From a virus (taxonomy: Duplodnaviria > Caudoviricetes), in the IMG/VR virus record IMGVR_UViG_3300047272_000342, positions 1 to 24,549 of that record: a DNA stretch of 24,549 nucleotides; one strand, given 5' to 3'. The translations under genes were made by a program, and so were the position numbers. The stretch's first letter is position 1, and every line of letters starts with the position of its first letter. Under the pieces are notes generated by a model, which saw only the letters and a program-made list of their open reading frames with translations, was not told the DNA's origin and did no database searches. Below are positions 17,286-22,760 of this stretch, in pieces.

Positions 17286-17467
17286 TGGCTGAAAGAAAGC
17301 ACAAAACTGTATTTACTTTCGTGGCAGACAACGTCACGGGCGAGCTTGGGGATAAAGAAGTCACCATAGACTTGTCTAAAATCTCAGATGATGAGCTAGA
17401 TCAACTAATCTTTAAGATCCCAGAGGCAACCTCCGAGATCGTTTACCGCGAAATATACGGTCAATAG
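17285..17467 (+). CDS. Hypothetical protein
   Basis: 60 aa, TAATG-coupled to the upstream gene. Confidence 0.6.
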   Translation: MAERKHKTVFTFVADNVTGELGDKEVTIDLSKISDDELDQLIFKIPEATSEIVYREIYGQ

Positions 17468-17488
17468 AATAACACTACTGGGAAACAG

Positions 17489-17497
17489 TGCTAAAAT
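17489..17497 (+). promoter_or_regulatory. Extended -10 promoter candidate
   Basis: TGCTAAAAT in an intergenic gap, overlapped by the inverted repeat GCTAAA-N6-TTTAGC (17490-17507). Confidence 0.55.
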
Positions 17498-17546
17498 TGA
17501 ATTTAGCCATCAGACTGGTCATTTCCCGCGATTAGAGAGATAGAAC

Positions 17547-17912
17547 ATGGCAAAAAACAGCATTGTAGACGTATGGTTCTACGTAAATCCTGAAACTCAG
17601 GTGGTTGATGCTGCCATCTGCTACTTTCCGCTGGGTGTGTCCAAGCGTGTTGACTCCGACTGGGAGTTCACCAACAAAGAAGAAGCTGGCCTATACGGCG
17701 AGCTAGCTGCCCACGACGTGTATCAGTTGAACTGGGAAACTGATCCTAAAACTATTGACGACTCTTTCGACTTCGACAACTATGACGATGCGAATCACGA
17801 AGCAATTAAGCTGTTTGACAAGGGAGAACTTACATTAGAGTCTCTAAAAGAGTACTCGGAGTTCCTATACAGTGGTTCCGAATTAGGATCGGCTGAAGAC
17901 GGCGAGGAGTAG
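17547..17912 (+). CDS. Hypothetical acidic protein
   Basis: 121-aa ORF whose 3' end supplies the GAGGAG RBS for the next gene. Confidence 0.7.
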   Translation: MAKNSIVDVWFYVNPETQVVDAAICYFPLGVSKRVDSDWEFTNKEEAGLYGELAAHDVYQLNWETDPKTIDDSFDFDNYDDANHEAIKLFDKGELTLESLKEYSEFLYSGSELGSAEDGEE

Positions 17913-17913
17913 C

Positions 17914-20900
17914 GTGTTCAAATTCCTAGGGTTAACTGAGAATCTAGCGGTTTTCAGTGGCGATAAAGTTTATGCTGTTGTAGATACAGCTAAGAACCTG
18001 GTTCAAGACATGAGCCAGGTTGAAATTCAGGCGCTCATTGCATCTGCGTCTCTTGCAACTAACAATGTTGTAGTTTCTGATTCGGTCGTAGAGCTAGCTA
18101 AGGCTGCTTTAGTAGTGCCAGAGTCCACAATCACAGCATCTGGTGATCGTATGTACACGATTCCAGCTGGAGTTCAAGACGAGGCTGTTAGAGGTCTCGA
18201 ATGGCGCAAAGAAGAGAAGCGCGGCGGCACCCCTGTCGGTCTCAACACAGCTAGAACTCTAGCCGATGGTGGGCAAATAGGTATCAAAAAGATCCGCCAC
18301 ATCGCTAAGTACTTCCCTCGTCACGAAGTTGACAAAAAGGGCAAGGGCTGGGCACCTGGTGAAGACAACTTCCCGTCTAACGGCCGTATCGCTTGGGCTC
18401 TTTGGGGTGGTGACGCCGCTTGGCGTTGGGCTCGTGCAATCGTAGAGCGTGAGAACAAAAAAGCGCTCACATCTACTGGCTATGCTTTGCCAGGTTACGA
18501 AGATGATATCGAGACTTACGGGTATGGTACTGGCTACGATGCTGACCTAAACCCATTTAAAATTGCACATGAGCTTGACTTAAACGTTGGGCCAGAGTTT
18601 ATGGCGCGCGTGCGTTTAGATGGCTCTGGTATTGACCGTCTATACAAGATCGAGATCGATGGTCGCGTATATATCTGGGACGACTGCGGCTGGGATGACC
18701 TTGGCCACGTAGATGGTGACGTCTACACATACGACAAGGCTTTAGATGACCCGTATGATTTGACAGAGACAGATCACGTAATCATTGACCCTTCTGCTGC
18801 TGTAATTATTTCTGCCTTCTTCCAGGAGAGACCTAACCAGCCAGTACTTCTGATCGAAATTGATCCAGAAGAAACTATGCTTATGTCTGATGGCCTATAC
18901 GAAGAAGACTTCGACATGGTCGATAGAGTTATGACCGCTGCAGGCGAGCCAGTAACTAACCAAGACGGCAACTACACCCCTGACGAGCGCTCTGATAAAG
19001 CTGCTAAGCAGGTTAGAGATGCTTCTGGTAAGTTCGCTAAGGCTGGCTCCCGTGTAGTTGTCGCTGGCGACGAAAACCGTGGCTCTGGAGTGATTGAAAG
19101 CGTTGACAGTAGCACTGGCTTAGTCTCAGTTAAATTGGACAGCGGTAGCACTATCGAGGTAGATGCTAAATACACTCGTGCTGAAGAAGCTCCTACTACT
19201 GGACCTAGACGAGTTCCTACTATTCAGGCACCTCTAGACATGTCTGGTGTTCTTGGCGTACCTAGGACTTCAGGTACATCTAAGAAGGCGCAGCTTCCTG
19301 GCACTCTCCCAGTCATGACAAATGCAGACATCGCTCTGATGATCAGCGACTGGCCAGCGTACGTCGCAAAGCAGCGTGCTGCTTACAAGCTTCACAGTGA
19401 CACTGACCCTGGCATCAAAACCGTAACCAAGGGAAAACAGTCTACGGCTCCTGGTCTATCAGAGTACGACAAAAAGTACATGAAGAAGAACTACGACCTA
19501 GATATGTCGGCTGAGGGTATTACTGCTTCTGCAGAAGAGTCTGATGAAATCAACTCTCCTAAGGAGTCTGATGTACCAGCTAAGTACCTAGCTTTAGTGT
19601 CACCTGATGACAGCACTGCTGTTATGGACCTTGTTGCTATCGTTCCAGAGACAAAAACCACTACAGCTCCTGCTCTATATAGACGAGAAGCTGGTAAGTG
19701 GATTAAAGATGACCAGATCCTTATGGACCTCAAGTCAGCTACTCCTCCAGACGTAGTTGAGCTAGATGATCAGGCTATTCTAAATGATGTTCTCGTTCAG
19801 ACTGATTCTGCAATACAGGCGTCTGGCTACCTAGACTTTTCTATCTTCTGGGAGACTACCGTTGAGCCGATCTTGGCGGCTGGTGGACTAGACCGCAACC
19901 GCGAAAACGCTGAGGAGCTTCGTAAATACTGGACCCGCGGCAAGGGTGCACTAAAGATTCGTTGGGGAACCCCTGGCGACTGGACTCGTTGCGTTCGCAA
20001 TCTTTCAAAGTACATGGGCGCTCGCGCTAAGGGGTATTGCCAGCTTCGTCACAAGGAAGCAACTGGTGTCTACACTGGAAGTAAGCTAAACCCTGGGAAA
20101 AAGAGCCAGAGCTTCAGCACACTATTCCAGACTGAAGCAGACTTCGATAAAGTAATTACTCAGCGCGCAGTTCTAGCTGCTAGAGCAGCAGACGCACGTG
20201 AAAAGGTTGGACTAGTGGCAGGAGCCGTTAAGCCTACAGAGGGCGCTAAATTCCACATCCCTATGATCGTTCCAGAAGAGATGGAATCGGGAGATGGTCG
20301 TAAGTTCTCAAAGGATGCCATCACAACTAGAGAGCTACCACTGCCTCTTCTATGGCAGATTAAGACTGGTGCTGGGCACGACGGGTCTGTTGTAGTTGGT
20401 CGCATCGACTACATCGAAAGAATTGAAGGCGGAATGGGTAATGCCTATGGTGTTTTTGATACTGGACCTTATGGCCGTGAAGCTGAACGACTAGTTAAGC
20501 ACGGGTTCCTTCGTGGAGTTTCAGTAGACCTTGACCAGTTCGAGGCTAAAGAAGACAAGAGACCGACTGACGAAGCATCAGAAGACGATGGTCACATCGG
20601 TAAGGACAAACTTACTATCAATAAGGCTCGCATAATGGCTGCTACAATTGTAGCAAAGCCTGCATTCCAGGAATGCTCTATTTATCTCCAAAATTCAGGG
20701 GACCAGGAGGAAGAAATGACCCCAGAGGATGGCGTGTACGAGGAGTCTCTAGAAGACTTCAGCGACGTCGAACCTATCACAGCTTCTGGCTACCTTGCGT
20801 CAGAGATTCCAGTTGCTCCACCAGCTGAATGGTTCGAAAATCCAGGCCTAACTAAGGCCACACCACTTACCGTTGACAAAGATGGCCGTGTCTATGGACA

Positions 20901-22008
20901 CATTGCTGCTTGGCACGTAAGCCACATTGGACTTCCACGTTCAACCAAGCCACCACGTTCGCGCAGCAAGTACGCCTACTTCCACACTGGCGTGATCCAC
21001 ACTGCAGTTGGCACCGATGTTCCTGTTGGTCAGCTAACTCTAGCTGGAGGCCACGCTCCTCTAAATGCTGACGCTGCTTCTGCTGCAAAGCACTACGATG
21101 ACACTGCTTCCGCTGTAGCTGACGTCCACATGGGTGAAGACGAGTACGGCATTTGGTGTGCTGGCTCACTACGCCCAGGCGTAGATGAGTACCAGGTTCG
21201 CGCACTACGCGCTTCTGCTCCTTCAGGAGACTGGCGTCCAATCAATGGCTCACTTGAGCTAGTTGCAGTTTGCCAGGTTAACGTTCCAGGATTCCCTGTT
21301 GCTCGTGCGATGATCGCGTCTGGCAAGGTACTAGCACTAGTAGCCGCTGGTGCTAACTACATGGCAATGATGAAGAGTAACGTTGTTAGCTCTCTAGTTG
21401 CTAAGGCAGATCTTCTAGGTCAACTATCATCTAGCGCTCCTGACCTAAAGTCTCGCGTTAAGACTGCTGAACGCAAACTGCGTGAGGCAAACATAGAGGC
21501 ACTAACAGCTAGTGCTGCGGAGATGCGCGAGAAGGCTTTAACTGCTGCTGCTATTGCAGAGTTGGCAAAAATCTCTGAAGAAGAGCGTATGGATCTAGCT
21601 AAAGATGGCAAAGCAATGCCTGATGGTGCTTACCCTATCCGTGACACCGAAGACTTGAAGAATGCGATTCAGGCATACGGACGAGCAAAAGCATCTGAGC
21701 GTGCAGCAGTGCGTAAGCACATCATAAAGCAGGCTCGTAAGCTAAAGCAGTCTAGCCTCATCCCACAGCACTGGGTTAACGCAGACTCCATGGAAGCCGC
21801 ACAGCGTGTAGCTAGTATGCGAGCAGCAATTACAGCCGCTGCCGTTCGAGGCGAGAACCCTTGCTGGGACGGTTATGAAATGATTGGAATGAAAGAGCAG
21901 GACGGCAAGTCAGTTCCTAACTGCGTTCCTATCGATGCAGCATCTGCATCCGAGGAGGTGGTGGTTTCAGCCGCCCCAAAAGTGAGGAGATCTCCGACTC
22001 AGAGCTAA
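17914..22008 (+). CDS. Multidomain capsid maturation (prohead) protease polyprotein (0-frame product)
   Basis: 1364 aa upstream of the capsid gene. HK97-like protease domain at about 20245-20680 (ESGDGR, LPLLWQ, GHDG His 20377, GVSVD Ser 20521, VAKPAF). A second conserved domain has VYGHIAAW...HYDDT...SGDWR...VNVPGFP. Several small accessory modules. Confidence 0.85.
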   Translation: MFKFLGLTENLAVFSGDKVYAVVDTAKNLVQDMSQVEIQALIASASLATNNVVVSDSVVELAKAALVVPESTITASGDRMYTIPAGVQDEAVRGLEWRKEEKRGGTPVGLNTARTLADGGQIGIKKIRHIAKYFPRHEVDKKGKGWAPGEDNFPSNGRIAWALWGGDAAWRWARAIVERENKKALTSTGYALPGYEDDIETYGYGTGYDADLNPFKIAHELDLNVGPEFMARVRLDGSGIDRLYKIEIDGRVYIWDDCGWDDLGHVDGDVYTYDKALDDPYDLTETDHVIIDPSAAVIISAFFQERPNQPVLLIEIDPEETMLMSDGLYEEDFDMVDRVMTAAGEPVTNQDGNYTPDERSDKAAKQVRDASGKFAKAGSRVVVAGDENRGSGVIESVDSSTGLVSVKLDSGSTIEVDAKYTRAEEAPTTGPRRVPTIQAPLDMSGVLGVPRTSGTSKKAQLPGTLPVMTNADIALMISDWPAYVAKQRAAYKLHSDTDPGIKTVTKGKQSTAPGLSEYDKKYMKKNYDLDMSAEGITASAEESDEINSPKESDVPAKYLALVSPDDSTAVMDLVAIVPETKTTTAPALYRREAGKWIKDDQILMDLKSATPPDVVELDDQAILNDVLVQTDSAIQASGYLDFSIFWETTVEPILAAGGLDRNRENAEELRKYWTRGKGALKIRWGTPGDWTRCVRNLSKYMGARAKGYCQLRHKEATGVYTGSKLNPGKKSQSFSTLFQTEADFDKVITQRAVLAARAADAREKVGLVAGAVKPTEGAKFHIPMIVPEEMESGDGRKFSKDAITTRELPLPLLWQIKTGAGHDGSVVVGRIDYIERIEGGMGNAYGVFDTGPYGREAERLVKHGFLRGVSVDLDQFEAKEDKRPTDEASEDDGHIGKDKLTINKARIMAATIVAKPAFQECSIYLQNSGDQEEEMTPEDGVYEESLEDFSDVEPITASGYLASEIPVAPPAEWFENPGLTKATPLTVDKDGRVYGHIAAWHVSHIGLPRSTKPPRSRSKYAYFHTGVIHTAVGTDVPVGQLTLAGGHAPLNADAASAAKHYDDTASAVADVHMGEDEYGIWCAGSLRPGVDEYQVRALRASAPSGDWRPINGSLELVAVCQVNVPGFPVARAMIASGKVLALVAAGANYMAMMKSNVVSSLVAKADLLGQLSSSAPDLKSRVKTAERKLREANIEALTASAAEMREKALTAAAIAELAKISEEERMDLAKDGKAMPDGAYPIRDTEDLKNAIQAYGRAKASERAAVRKHIIKQARKLKQSSLIPQHWVNADSMEAAQRVASMRAAITAAAVRGENPCWDGYEMIGMKEQDGKSVPNCVPIDAASASEEVVVSAAPKVRRSPTQS
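21952..21981 (+). promoter_or_regulatory. Programmed -1 ribosomal frameshift signal 2
   Basis: GAGGAGGTG 21952-21960, 14 nt, then in-phase C CCA AAA 21975-21981. The 0-frame stop comes after 8 more codons. Confidence 0.8.
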
Positions 22009-22643
22009 AGAAGCTACGTCAGGCTAAAGAAGAGGCTGACAAGCAGACTGAAGAAGAGATCAAAGCCGCCGAAGAAGTAAAAGCTAACAAGGGCAAAACT
22101 GCTCCAGACGAGTATGACGAAGAGGGTCGCCAGAAGTATGTTTCTGGCATCAACCAGCCTCGTGATGCTAAGGGTAAGTACCGCAAGGTTCTTGCTCGTC
22201 TAAAGCAGGACCTTGGTGTAGCTGGACTAGCCAAAGCACTTAACAAAGCTGAAGACGCTGAAAACTTGGACTTTGCTGGAGACTACGAGGCATCAGCCGC
22301 GGCCAGCTCTAAGTTGCTGAAGATGATCGACAGGATCGACACCAAGGCTCTAAATCCAGAGGCTTTAGAGAATGTTAGACTTACTGCAGCTGAACTCGGA
22401 AAGACAATAGCTAACTTGCCATTGCCTTTCGGAGAGGACGCTCAGAAACTAAAATTTAGCGATCTTCCATCTGGACTGAAGGACCTCATCGAAACGATGA
22501 TTACTAAAGTCGAGCAGAAGATCGGTAAAAAGGATGCTGACATTGCTACGCAAAGTCTAAAATCCTACATGTCAGGTGCAGACCTGTATTCTCAGGGAGA
22601 AGTTCAATCTGAGATGAGTAAGCTGCTCCGACTCCTTACCTAA
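21981..22643 (+). CDS. -1 frame extension (220 aa) of the protease polyprotein
   Basis: Frame is open from 21921 to 22643. It reads SEEISDSELKKLRQAKEEADKQ...KYVSGINQPRDAKGKYRKVLARLKQDLG... and continues into the 22266 ORF. No start codon or RBS before TTG 22266. Confidence 0.8.
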   Translation, partial: SEEISDSELKKLRQAKEEADKQTEEEIKAAEEVKANKGKTAPDEYDEEGRQKYVSGINQPRDAKGKYRKVLARLKQDLGVAGLAKALNKAEDAENLDFAGDYEASAAASSKLLKMIDRIDTKALNPEALENVRLTAAELGKTIANLPLPFGEDAQKLKFSDLPSGLKDLIETMITKVEQKIGKKDADIATQSLKSYMSGADLYSQGEVQSEMSKLLRLLT

Positions 22644-22645
22644 AA

Positions 22646-22760
22646 AGTAAGGTAAAATTATCGTAGGTAGAGCGCCTCACGTATTGTTGCGTCGAGTCCC
22701 TCGGCCTTGACTGTAAATCAAGGGCAAATTGCCCAAACACTAACTGGCCTAGGAGGTACA
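22646..22760 (+). promoter_or_regulatory. Capsid gene promoter, structured 5' leader and RBS
   Basis: GG-TAAAAT (hexamer 22653-22658), hairpins at 22676-22696, 22705-22723 and 22722-22734, and SD AGGAGGT at 22751-22757. Confidence 0.55.

Noticed and set aside
22266-22643. Stand-alone 125-aa gene starting at TTG 22266
   Set aside because: It has no RBS, and the upstream in-frame stretch is coding-like and carries the QPRDxxGK motif.
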